NCBI GenBank assembly: GCA_002633005.1
Contig: NMRA01000218.1
Span: 62,001 to 126,000, forward strand
DNA from: Phoronis australis
Lineage: Eukaryota > Animalia > Phoronida
Direction of reading: 5' to 3'
DNA length: 64,000 nt
Shown here: positions 50,461 through 63,700 of the stretch, piece by piece
Layout of the letters: the number at the start of each line of letters is the position of its first letter
Numbering within the stretch: position 1 is the first letter of the stretch
The notes under the pieces: generated by a model
Seen by the model: the letters and a program-made list of their open reading frames with translations, nothing else
Database searches by the model: none
Told to the model about the DNA's origin: nothing
Made by a program: the position numbers and the translations under genes

Positions 50461-51735
50461 AAGCAATGTCATATCACAAAGTAAATGACCAAAATCACGA
50501 GCAAGTGGTATCCGACACGGACGGGGGTACTCGTGTACTTTTGGACGAGGGGATGATGTCCGAAAATGTGGATACCTACCCATTTTGAGTGTAGGATGGG
50601 ACAAAAAAGTGACCCATTTAGAGAGTAGTTTTGTGTAAAAATTACATTTTTGCACTGTTCTGTCCCAGAAATACACAAAAGACACCCTTTCGCCTGCGGT
50701 CCCTGGCTCTAGACTGTATCGCAACAAATACAGTAAAACGTGCATTAGTCGGATGCAACCGGACAGACATTTTATTCGAGTATGGTGAAATCTGTACAAA
50801 ATAAAACAACTGTAATGCCAAACTGTGTCCAAGTTAAGTGAAAGTCTGACTTATGTATGTCCAACTTATGTGACTTTACTGTACATCAATACCTGAACGC
50901 TTTATTAAAGCGTCTGTCAATTGAAGCACTCAATGATTGAATGGTATCACAAATTTCTATTATACAAGAGCTAGGAGAACGCCACTGACTATAAGTCTGT
51001 TTAAGAGTGCATGCTTGGATGCACAGAAAAATTCCACGTAACAGCTTATAATGTGCACCATAACACAATTACATATAAATTACAACATGAGAATTCAAAT
51101 GAAAGTAATGATTTATTGAATGTATTATCTTGCATAAGTTACACTTTGGGCCTATGGCCAGATGTATATATATTTCAATAAAGAATAATTCTTGAAAACG
51201 CAACAACCATTGGCCACAGTAATGTCAAAATCAAAAAAATCACTGCAATCACATTGCCAGTCACGTTCATGAATACTTTTTAAAAAGACACTGATCTGAT
51301 TCATCCTGAAACCACACTAACTTGCACAAATCAAAAGATGCTTTTAGAATTAAGTGAAACATTTGTATTTAATTACAAATTGGAAAGTGATTGATTCAGA
51401 AGTAAACGATAATTTTTACTCAGAAAACAATTTTACAATTCTCCTATAAGCTGCCTTAGTCTTTCACAAATCAGTTACAAAAAAACTCCACTCTTCGAGC
51501 AAACACATAATAAATAAATATAATAAATAAAAATTGTTAAATAGCATTTTTGAGCTTCACCACAAGGTAGTCAATTTAATACAATAGTAAATTTGCCTAA
51601 GTCTGTTCCAAAATAACCAAGAGGTACAGTGAAATCTGACTTACTTGAAGGGCTGATAGCACAAATTTGAACAACAGCACCTTAGAACTTTGTCAGAGTA
51701 AAGGGAATATTCGCCTTGCATTACATATTTGTGAC

Positions 51736-54700
51736 TTATGTAAGTTTTACTGAATTATCCAGTCGTATCTCATGATAATCGTGTAACAGGGCTGCCATAC
51801 TCAGAGTGTTTTCTCGTTCGTTGGCACGGCGATACATGAAGTAGCCATCTCCAAAGTTGATGTTCAGGTGACGGTTGTTAGTGTACGGTAACAGAGGGTC
51901 TTGACCCGCCTCTTGAACGGGGAATGCATACATAGTCTCTGTAAACACAGAAAGATTTGATTAAACATACCATAGGCAAGAAGGTTTGCAATGCTTCGAT
52001 AACACTAAAACCAAAATTTTAGATTGTTTGCTCAGGAGTCGACCACACCGAGTTGCACAGGTCGACCCTTATCAGATCATGTCCAAACTATAGTAATCCA
52101 TATAGTAATGTAAAAACCAAGACACATACACTTTTGTATAGTGTAGTTATAACCATCACAGCATACTAAGCTATCAACAGGTAATTTATAACAAACCTAC
52201 AATACATCCACATGTTTGATTATTTCAAAGTATTCTATCTCGAAACTGCCTTGGTACTCCAAAAATGTACAAGCATCTCGATTTCAAACTATTATCCAAC
52301 ATCTACAACGCAGTATAGTTTTGTACACGTACTTAAAGGCCTGCCATCTATCGTAAAGAAGACCACGCCATCAGGCATGACAAGGCCACACCCAAATGTC
52401 TGTGGTGCTAATGATCCTGTGTCCAGCTGAAGCCTGTGTCCATTGGGCAACTCCAGTATGGACTGACCTATCACACAGCACACCTGGAAATAGAAAGGTA
52501 CACCACCTTGTGTTCACACTGTCGCACACAGACACACAAAAAGTAGTTGTTGTCATTTAGCGACTTAAAACAATAAAGTACTTATAAAATTGGTGACTGT
52601 TACTGCAGATGCAATCATTCATATTGCCTATATATNACAGGTCGACCCTTATCAGATCATGTCCAAACTATAGTAATCCATATAGTGATGTAAAAACCAA
52701 GACACATACACTTTTGTAAAGTGTAGTTATAACCATCACAGCATACTAAGCTATCAACAGGTAATTTATAACAAACCTACAATACATCCACATGTTTGAT
52801 TATTTCAAAGTATTCTATCTCGAAACTGCCTTGCTACTCCAAAAATGTACAAGCATCTCGATTTCAAACTATTATCCAACATCTACAACACAGTATCGTT
52901 TTGTACACGTACTTAAAGGCCTGCCATCTATCGTAAAGAAGACCACGCCATCAGGCATGACAAGGCCACACCCAAATGTCTGTGGTGCTAATGATCCTGT
53001 GTCCAGCTGAAGCCTGTGTCCATTGGGCAACTCCAGTATGGACTGACCTATCACACAGCACACCTGGAAATAGAAAGGTACACCACCTTGTGTTCACACT
53101 GTCGCACACAGACACACAAAAAGTAGTTGTTGTCATTTAGCGACTTAAAACAATAAAGTACTTATAAGATTGGTGACTGTTACTGCAGACGCAATCATTC
53201 ATATTGCCTATATATTTAGTAATGTTTCCTAGTTTACTCATGGTACTGACTTTTAAAAGTGTTTTACCCGCCAGTTCAATTCATTCGTATTTCTTATATG
53301 TGTGCGGTGTAGGCATGTCATTGGTTACGTCATTGAGATTGCAGGATTTTCATGATGTAAGTACTGTTCTTTTTGCTTATCGTTATATTTCTGGTTTGTG
53401 TAATGCATTCTCTCGTGTCTGTAGTTTCAGTATTTTTCGCTTTATTCGCAGTATTTCTTCCTTTGTGGTTCATGTCGGGGGTTCGGGCATTGTTCGCTGT
53501 GACCTTGAGATTGCAATTCACAAACCAGTCTGTTTATAGCTCATATTTTTGTAATTGTTTAGCGTGACTTGATATCTAGTTTGTGTTTCGGTCTCACGGT
53601 AAAATTGTGTATGAATTATGTTCGTTTTTGTATCTAGTATTTTCACATAAAAGATCTGACAGTTTATTTGATGTCACCATTTCATTACTTGAATATTTTC
53701 TTCATCAATGTAAATAACGGTTTTCGTATATATTATCACTGCCTGTGCTTGTATTATATTTTGTAGTAATGACTTGGGCTTTTGTTTATTTCAGTTTACG
53801 GGTTTGTCTATGTACTGACGGCACTCGAATAAAAAATAAACTGCACGTAGAATCACCTGTGTTTCTTTTGATCGTTAGCCGACACTGTGCCAGAACAGTG
53901 ATTATTTTGGTGATCATTTTGATACCAATTTAAAACCTGTGTAACAAGCAGCTGATACAATTTAATGTCATTTGCAATATCTTTGGTGTACTGAAATTAC
54001 CAGACTGGTACACATGATTGCTTTTATCAAAAAAGATGTAAACAGAACTTAATAAAAGGTCTTTGGGCTCAGCAAACACAATTACACTAAATAAAAATAA
54101 ATTGAAACGATTGACACATGCTATATGCTATATATAACCAAGAAATAATTAATTAAAGTCAGATTACGACAATGGGGTAGTAGAAATTTCTGGTGTCAGG
54201 TATTGCGGTTGATCAGTAATTCTTTGGTATATGAAGAGCTAGAAGACACAATGCAGAAAAACAGTCTTGTTTATAGACTTGCCTGTTGAGCTCCTTCAGG
54301 CCTCCACTCCGGAAATGATGTGTAGCCATAGACTAGTGGCTTTTGTACGTCACTGCTCAAATTAATCTCGTAGTAGAGAGACGGCTGTGGATGAGATTCA
54401 CCCTCCTCTTCAACAAGTCCGTGCAGGAAGTCTTTTACTGGTGGCAGTTCTGTGGTGTCTGGGAGCCGGCTTGTATCTTTTGTAATGGGACTGACAGGTA
54501 GATAGCCATTGGGAGGTGAATACCTGTTGAATGAATTACCAGACTCAATTGTCTACCATACATTAAAACTGGGTTTCACTTGTAAATGTGACTGGCATCC
54601 AAAATCCATAGTAAACATGTTCCGATCTAAAGCATTACTGTGCATTCCTGCCGAGAAGTAATTGAAACGTGTCAATATCACTATATCACTACTTAATGAT

Positions 54701-57700
54701 AACTTAACAATGTGAAGATATTTCAAACAAGTCACCAGATGTACCAACTGAAAACATACAAATCACTATATGTAATTAACACATACTGGTAAATTGCTGA
54801 TTGTATATAACTGTCCAAATCTCATGTGAAAAAGGTGTAACGCCCCGCTCATGGGATGTATGACATAACACTTGGCTGTAAACATTAATTGCGCAGATAT
54901 CGGGTCCTCAGTAGCTCAATGGTAAGAGCACTACAGTCAAGTGACCTAATTATCGGACGTTTTGGCACATTTTGCATTATATTTAATTGAAAATACTACG
55001 GATTGTTGTAAATTCTTTGCTGAAATAAAGAATTACCTTTATAGAATTGTTGTGTTACTATATCTTGTCACTGAAAGCCACATTTATGTTCCGACTGAAC
55101 TTTAAAAAACACAACAAGCAAACCTTCGGAGAACCTAAATATCGGACACCATGTTTCCCCATACGCCACACCGCGGAAAACTGACTAACCACGTAATGGC
55201 CGCGGGCACCTTGTAGCCAAATTTCAGCTNTTTATTGCCCATCTTACCAGAGATTACCTATTATACTTATTTACCCGTATTCATTTTATTGTAATTGTAC
55301 TAGTCATAATAAATGACCTTATATCGCCTACATCAGTCTCCTTTCATCTCTGGTAACGAGCTTGCGACGCACGTATCATTTATCTATTATCCGGGACATA
55401 TGTCGATCATAAATGGTATTTCACTCGTTAAATATATTTATGTGAGCATATGGACTCGCCTTCTCCTTTTCCCCCTCATCTTGGTCTATTCCATTATTCC
55501 CTCGTGCAGGACTACACGACGTTTTTCCAGCCTTCGCATTGGTCTGTTGTTATCACGTGCCTCGAGTTTGGTCAGCTCTTGGCTCTTATAGGCTGATGAT
55601 TGTCACGTGTCTTTAGGGGCGTTTTTGTTATTGTAACCTCTCTTTCAATTCACTTTGTTCCGGCCACATTGTCGTACGTCAAAAACTCAGGCCGGCGCTT
55701 TTTATTGCCCATCTTACCAGAGATTACCTATTATACTTATTTACCCGTATTCATTTTATTGTAATTGTACTAGTCATAATAAATGACCTTATATCGCCTA
55801 CATCAGTCTCCTTTCATCTCTGGTAACGAGCTTGCGGCGCACGTATCATTTATCTATTATCCGGGACATATGTCGATCATAAAAGTATGAGCTAAAAATG
55901 TTAATTAACAAACCTTGTATTTATGCAGAAAACAATTGTCACACTGCCACCAAATGTCATCAAATGTGATACAAAAAATTTAGGATTATTCGTTGCTATC
56001 AACTTATTTTAAATAACTCATAAACCGTGAATATTCTGTCTGTGTACTTACTGTTGGAAATGTTGCCAAATACACAGAATTTGAAGGAGTTTAGTTAGCA
56101 TCCTGCATTTAGCACTTTGAATACATTTCTAATTGACATACCTTTGAAGGCGACACCCATGTCTATTCCTTTCAGCCAAAATGACATGTCTCCACTTTTG
56201 GTTATTAAACAACTGACCACATCCCCCTCTGCCCATTCCATGCCATAGTCATTGTTCTGCAACAACGTATTTTCTGTTCTAATGGCATAACCAATATAAA
56301 ATTGATTTCAGTAGCACTAGACCAAGACTTTCAAAAGGAATCAAGATAAAGTACGACAGGGACAAAAAACAATTGCGTCCAATTAGGACCTCAAAAAATT
56401 ATTATCCAGACTGTGGCCCTGTTCATGAATTTGCCAATCTCAACTTTGCAGGGGTTATGCAAGACTTTAAAAACAAAATGGTGATACAATTCAAGACATT
56501 GATGAAGCCATTCCATAATAAAAATCAGTATCAAAACACAACTTGTTCCATGCTTATTTCTTTTGTTATTATTTCATTTGGCAGCAAAAATGTTTAAGAG
56601 ATTAACTCACATCAAATTCTGACACTTTTCCGTTCCACACTTTACATCTACCTCCGTCAAAGGCGCAGGAGTTGGAATCATCTCCAACCCCAAGTCCCTT
56701 CTCGGGCTCAAACTTGCAATATTCTGTTGCCCAGCCAATCTGTATTACACCTCCGGACTTCAGAGTCACCTGGAAATAAACAGGTTAAAATGTTATCCAA
56801 AATCAACTGAGACCAAGCGTCTGTCCAAGGTGAAATTATATCTAGAAACCCTCCACAGCTGTTTTTGCATTCTCTGCCTTTATCAATTTTTCCCAATGAA
56901 AAATGAATGAAATTCAGAAAGCATAACCAAAACATGAAAGATACTTGGGCCATTATGTCCAGCAACTACAAGATTTCATCAAAATCTGATTGCCAGACAG
57001 TGTGCTGGCAGGGGATGCTACTGGCTCTCTCAGGATCAGGTCATTGATGAGACTGAGGAAGTTATACCCCCATCACACCGGAGGTGCGGTGTCACTGCTG
57101 TACGGCATTAACCGCAGTGGTACTGCCATGATTGCCGTGGTTCTGCAGTGGTTCCGTCATTGATCACCGTAGCACCACGGAAAACTGTTGAGACCGCGGA
57201 CCTTTGCAGTGGCACGGCGAAAACTTTGAGCATGTTTCATGCTTCCGCAGTACAACCACCGTGCAATCGCTGAAAACATGGACTGGGGACCCTATGACGG
57301 TCCTCTGGCGCGAAGAAAAACACATGTGTGACAGGTAGAGGAAAACTATGAAACACTACTGGCGGTGTCACTATGGTGATGGCAGTTTTGACCAAAAGCC
57401 GTAGTGGCACCGCGCCTCTGGTGTGGTGGGAGTATAACAGTCCTTGTTCCTGCTTACAACATCGCTTGAAAAAGTTTGAAGTCTCCAAACAAAACTTTAA
57501 TGATTTGACTGGGATACTAAAACTTTGCTCAGCCAGCCAACACATTGTCCATTATTAGTTAGTTTTCGTCAAGTAAGAAAACTGTCAAAGTTGAATGATG
57601 TTACAGTCAAACAACGTTACAACAAACCTCCCTGGACTTTCTAAATCGTTTGATGTACATGAAGTTCGCCATAACAAAATAAACTTGAATGAAGTATGTA

Positions 57701-60700
57701 AGCTTGTGAAATGGTACAGCATACCGGTAAGCGAGGAAATGTCATAAAGGAAGCATGTAACATACATTGACAATACATATCAAATGTTTCAAATTTATTA
57801 AATAGCATTAAACAAGACATACATTGAATAATAACCAGATACAGATGGGGTTTTAGATCTCATACATCTGGTGCTTTTGGTAATTTAGTAAATCTCCTCT
57901 CCCTGCACTAATGAATGTAAAGTTCCAGCTATGCTCGATGCATGGGAACAGTCTGCTGAATCTGCCATCTTATGAAATTCTGTATCAATCGTGTTTGAAA
58001 TGGAAAAATAGTTCCTCCATTTGACTTTATATCATGGTCGCATTGTAACCCCCGCAGAATGAAAGTCATATTTAAAAAAAAAAGCAAAAAGAAGAAACCC
58101 ATAAAACAAACAGAATAACTCAGAACAATGTGTTCACCTCATAGTACCATCCCTCTGTGTTATGATCCACCTCATCACCACATGCCCCATGTGTAGACCG
58201 AATACTCTCAAATGTCCAGCTGTCATTGCGCACCTGAAGTCACATCAAAATACATTTAACAAGATTGCACACATTTTGATGAGCATTGTGCTATGTATAA
58301 TTTATTGGATGTTTCTGGTATTTATCCCTAATGAGTTAAATAGGTCACAGATCCCCCGTAACTGTCACAACCAAACAAATGATTGGCTTGTGCAATTGTT
58401 TTTGACATAAAAATATACACTTTAAAGCCAAACAAACAATTCCTTACCACACCTAACTTACCGTTTCACACAAACTTTAATAACACNATTTTGAATTTAA
58501 ATCGAACGCAACCACCCATAAATTTTTATTTCAGTTGCCTTCCCCCCCTCCCACACAGATTTTGCTGGAACAGCCCTCAGCACATTCCCAATTACCAGAC
58601 ATTTTACTTAGTTTCCAGGCAACAAGTTGCCATACACTCCAAATAGATGAACAGACTGAACTTCAACTTCAAACAGCAGGAAATTAACGGAGGAATTGAA
58701 CATCCTCAAATCTAATGTCTGTGTTTTAGTTCATTCTTCATCACTTCAGAACAGAAAGTTACACAGCTGAAAGGTGACTTCAACTGAACAAAAACATAAC
58801 AACGTAGACAACACGGTTTCTAGACTGCCAGAGACCAATGTTACAAGAAATAGTCCCAACAGGGACTCAACTAAGTTTCCTAAATTTTCAGTGCATTTGT
58901 GGAATTTGTTTACTCACTAAAGTTACATTTTTCTAACAATTCATCTTTATTATGAGCTCCCTTTTTCTTATAACATTTTCAAATAATATATCAGAAAATA
59001 GAGCCCTTATTTTGATGAGGACTAAACCCTTAAAATAGAGACATTGCACAAAAGAGGTCCCTGTTTATTTTCAAGAATTCAACGTAGAATTTAGTCTTGC
59101 TGTGTATCAAAGGTAAAACATGACATTGCAATGAAGATAGAATAACACAAAAGAGAACAAACTGTGTTTGAACAAAGTCCACATATACGCTGAAAATTTA
59201 GAGAACATAGTTAAGTTCCTATTGGGCCTGTTTTATGCAACTGGGCACAGAGGCTTGATCCTTCTACTCTAACTTGCCTTTAAACAAATGCTTAAGTTGA
59301 AATTCATATTTTAGACATTTCAGAAAAGGCTGCCAAGTGCACGGAATTCATTTTAGTCTTCAATATTCAGCCAACTTTGGACGTAGTTGGACGTACAAAC
59401 AGTAGTCTCCAAACCACCACTGTAACATACCGCTATAGCCGATTTGAGCACCAAGTTAGAACACAACAGTGTAGACCACATGGTTTCCAATGCCCCAGCC
59501 TGCAGCAGTAGGGTGCAGGAGACCAGGTCTGACTCGCTCGTCTCAACACCAGCACAGTTAGACAGAGTGAGTACCGTGTAACGAGCCAGGTTGGAGAACA
59601 TCTCCTCCAAGTCTGAAACTGAAACAACAGACATCAGTTACCAAGGAACAGCCAGTCACTATTATGAGATACATTTAGGTTATTTAGCGCATGCCAAAAT
59701 CAAATACAACAAAACTTGAAGTGCTTAAACCACTATTTACCTGTTTTGACAAGTGGCTGCATTGCCAGTATCATTAAACTTTCCTTCATAGCAGAATTGC
59801 ACAAATCACGGGCATGCCTACTTTAATGGTCTGTGGCTTGTTTACAACTGGGGAAGAGAGTAGCTGTGCTGCTTGAACTCTTTTTTCTATGGTGCCAAAC
59901 AATACGTTGACATAATGGCTCACTAGGCAATTTTTGAAGTAGCCATGTCATATTGAAATTCATTATGCCACCAGGCAGCGATCAGGTGTTTGGTGTCGAC
60001 AAGCATTCAGTGCGACCAGCAGGTCCCATGTAATGCAGCTGGGAGGTTTCAACACAGAGGTATAAACAGCATTACTTTTTAACACCTTTTCTGATATCAT
60101 AATGGCAGCAAATAGTCACTGCTGTGGACTGGAGTGTACTGATGACTCGGGGGTGGAGGCAATCCCCTTGAAATATCCATACATTATCGACTGCAAAGAA
60201 GAATCCACAGCTGTAAAGTCAGTGGCTGCACTTTCCGATAGTTTGAAACACTTATTCCTCATCCTTGCAAGTTTTTCTTCTGCTCTGTGACTTTAAAGGA
60301 GTGAAAATTGGGCACAATTTCACCAGGGTAGAATGTAGTGTGACTACCAGCCATCTTGAATTTTGGTCCACCAAATCTGAGTCGAGATCAAGCTAAAGTC
60401 GCATTCGCACTCCCATTACTCTAGGGATCACTGATAGGAAAAGCCCGCAATTAGAATTGTTGTCTATTATGTATTCAATAGTTTATAAATAGTGGAGTGA
60501 GTCATAAGTATTACAGTGCTTAAAAATGATCAATTTATATAAAAAAACCCCCAAAAATAACCTCGCCAGTCGATCATCTGCCAATTGAATTAGAACACCC
60601 ACAAACACTATCTGACAATATATTAATTAGCTGATTTTGAGTTACAAGCACAAATTGGTCAAAACATACTAAATAAAATTGGTCATCCTTCACTGTGTTT

Positions 60701-63700
60701 AGTGTAAGAAATCATCAGAAATTGTTGCTTGCTTTCCTGTGGTTCATGGTATAATGAGGAATGGCAAGGCGTTGCGTTTGTGGCAACTGTAACAGTTAGT
60801 ATTTGACCATGTGGCTCTTTCCACTTTGCCGCTGGACAGCGCAGAAGCACGGATACAGCAAGGTTTGTACGAGAAACTCGCGTGTTGGTGGACATGACAC
60901 ACTAGTGCTGGGTACGTTCATACGTCAAACTCGTCTCCGTGGAGCTAATAAACTTACAGTTGAAGTCACGTTTCTTCTATTTTTTCGTTTTTGGGTATTG
61001 AATTCATGATTGTGATACGCAGATCCCAAATAATGAAGATCAATTAGATATCAGATATGAAAATGGATTGTAGTTTGGCATGTTGCTGATCAATTGAACA
61101 TTTATTTACCTCCACTTTTCAGCTCCTGAGATTCAAGAAGGTCTGCGTTGGTGTTGGTGAATGCACTCTCTGACATTTCCTTGTGGATGTGTCGTGTGGG
61201 ACTGGGTGAACGAGCCAAGTGATGGTGAATGGTAGGTGGCTCTGGTAGTGGCGACATGGGAGACAACTCTGCGATGACGTCATCCGTATCACTGTCAGCA
61301 TCAATGTCACTCAGGGCGAATATAGAAGCTTGGTCGTTAGTAGTAGGAGTGAGGTCTGAAGCTAAAAGAAAACAAAAATTGAAAATTCAAGTTTTGAATT
61401 TTTATGATGCAAAGACCTGATTAATTGCACTTAATTAAACTCAGTAAAAATAACATCATGAACCAAGAACAATTAGTGCTTCCCTACTCCGTGTACTTAC
61501 AGTGTTGACCAGTGGTCAGTAACTCAGCGCTAGAGACTGCTGTGCTAAGCACTGCGTTGATCCACTCTCCAGTCAGATAGAACAACAGCATGATCAATGA
61601 GTGGATCACTCGCTGGTTGAGCAGCTGCCTGCGGGACGAGTCTGTAAAATATAACAAAAGAAAATAAATGTGTCATTGCACTCACTGGAACTGTTGTTGA
61701 ATTACAGCAGACCTCTAGTCTGCTTTTACACTACGGTCTAAATTTATACACTGAGATATCCTACTGCCGAGTTCTCAGCAATATTTAGCAATATATGGAT
61801 AACAAGTTGGTTTAAAATGCTAACTTAATGCTTCCATGCCAAACAGCTGAAAACTTAAAACTTAAGAGCTCAAGTTATTCAGCAACACAATCAAATTTAG
61901 CTCATTGCCGCAGACATCAGAAAATGGGGATTACACTGTTGATAATAATCTGGGAAAAACTTGACCCTATGAAGTTCTTGAAGTTAAAAAAGTGTACACG
62001 TTTAAAGCGTAGAAATATCAATCCAATTTCATGTTGAAAATGCTGCACAGTTGGATGACTGCATTGAAAAAAAGAAGGAATAAAATCCTATTTCCAGACT
62101 AATGCTATCCATTCTGCACCCATCCACTCAATAGAGCAGCCTACTTACCATGTACAGACAACACAGTCAGTATTTTGAGCGCTCCCAAGCAGTGAGCCAG
62201 GAAGATAGGCTGCACCTCTTTATCCGACATCACCTGATCAACACTGTCTCTGTGAATAACAGAAATATGCAAAAAGCCGTAAAAATGACACAAAACACAG
62301 ACAATTAAGAAGTTAATGAATTCATGAAACCAACTCATAATCTGCTTTTCATTGTTCTAGTTTTCTTGATTTAAACATCTCATGTATATTACTAATTTGT
62401 TTATGAAGATTGGATATATTATACCTGGATAGAGTTAGTAGCAGTATTTTATTGTCAAAAATACAAGCACAAACATACAAGAGCACAGACCAGTAAAGTT
62501 TCAAAAGAAGTTAAGGCAATCTGGGTTACTAATAAAAGAGCACAAAAAAGAATGAATATATCTCAATGAAAAAAACAATTTCAGAGCATTTTCCAGGTAC
62601 AGTGAATACTGTGTATGTAACACCATAAACAACAAAAAAACCAACATTTTCTGAGTAATGTCTCACCTTACAATGCTGCCAAGATATTCTATGAAGCCTT
62701 CACAAGCCTGTATTTCCCGACTGTGTCCCGGGTGTCTGGCCAGGATATGCAATAACTCTAGTTCCTACAACATGATCATAATAACAGTCACACTGAATAC
62801 TGTGTTACAAATACAGAATCAACTCATTCAATTATTGGTTTTTGACTATATTCTACGATTACATTTTCGGTCTGTTTAGCTGGATAAAAAACTAAAATCA
62901 AACTGGACCTTTTCTGACAGTCTCATAATATTACCGTGCAAGGATTCCGTTTCCGTTACCAACATGGCAAAGGAAATAGAATGCTATCAAGGTGCCGATT
63001 TCATAAAAGTAAAAACCCTAATTTAACTTTTTATTTCTTTTAGCCAGCTAAAAAGGACGAAATTCAGCTTCAAAATCTTGAGAAACAGCACCTTAAGTTG
63101 ATGACAACAAAATGCAGTGTAAATGCAGGTACCAGCCAATTGTCAATAGCAAAGCCAGAAAAAAATCTGAATGTATTTATGAAAAAACAATCAACTATAT
63201 TACAAGACTGCCCTCTTCAGGACTTACCGATACTTTACTGATGGGTGAACAAGGATGAGTACTGAATAATATCTTGATGGTACTCTTAAGAACAACTTCA
63301 GACACACAGTGATTCACAACCTCGCCTATGAATAAACAAAAAAACTGAGTATGAAAACTGAGTACAGTAAACCAACCACATAAGCACACAAGAACAATAT
63401 TTGTTATACTCCCGGGATTTTCAGTAGATAAGCCCATGGGCATGAATTCGGAAAATGAAACTTTTCAGGCGTTTTTAGTAACACCAAATAAACGCCTGGC
63501 ATTTATTTTGAAAAGGGGGCACGTAACGGAAAAGTCATAGTTTTGCTGACTGACATTTTTTAGTTAAAACTGGGCTTTTAAATTTTATGTTAATAAATGC
63601 ATAGTTCGCCAACACCTTGTTCATTTTTATAAATGATAATTGCTCCATAAAAGTGAATTTGTGACAAAAAATTGACTGGGGGCTTTTAAGAGGAAATTTT

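Noticed and set aside
54553-54660. Candidate for the missing SPRY exon (GMHSNALDRNMFTMDFG...)
   Set aside because: Lacks the expected YPA.S...NFG motif and has no good phase-2 donor at a plausible distance from the acceptor at 54524.
54902-54975. tRNA gene
   Set aside because: Only the 5' half with an A box is present; no anticodon arm, T-arm or acceptor pairing, so it is treated as a SINE head.
59741-60290. Possible extra or decayed exon of the SPRY gene (donor-like site at 59740, semi-open frames)
   Set aside because: Stops occur in all frames examined, and exon 61110-61361 already splices in phase to 59612, so no exon is required here.
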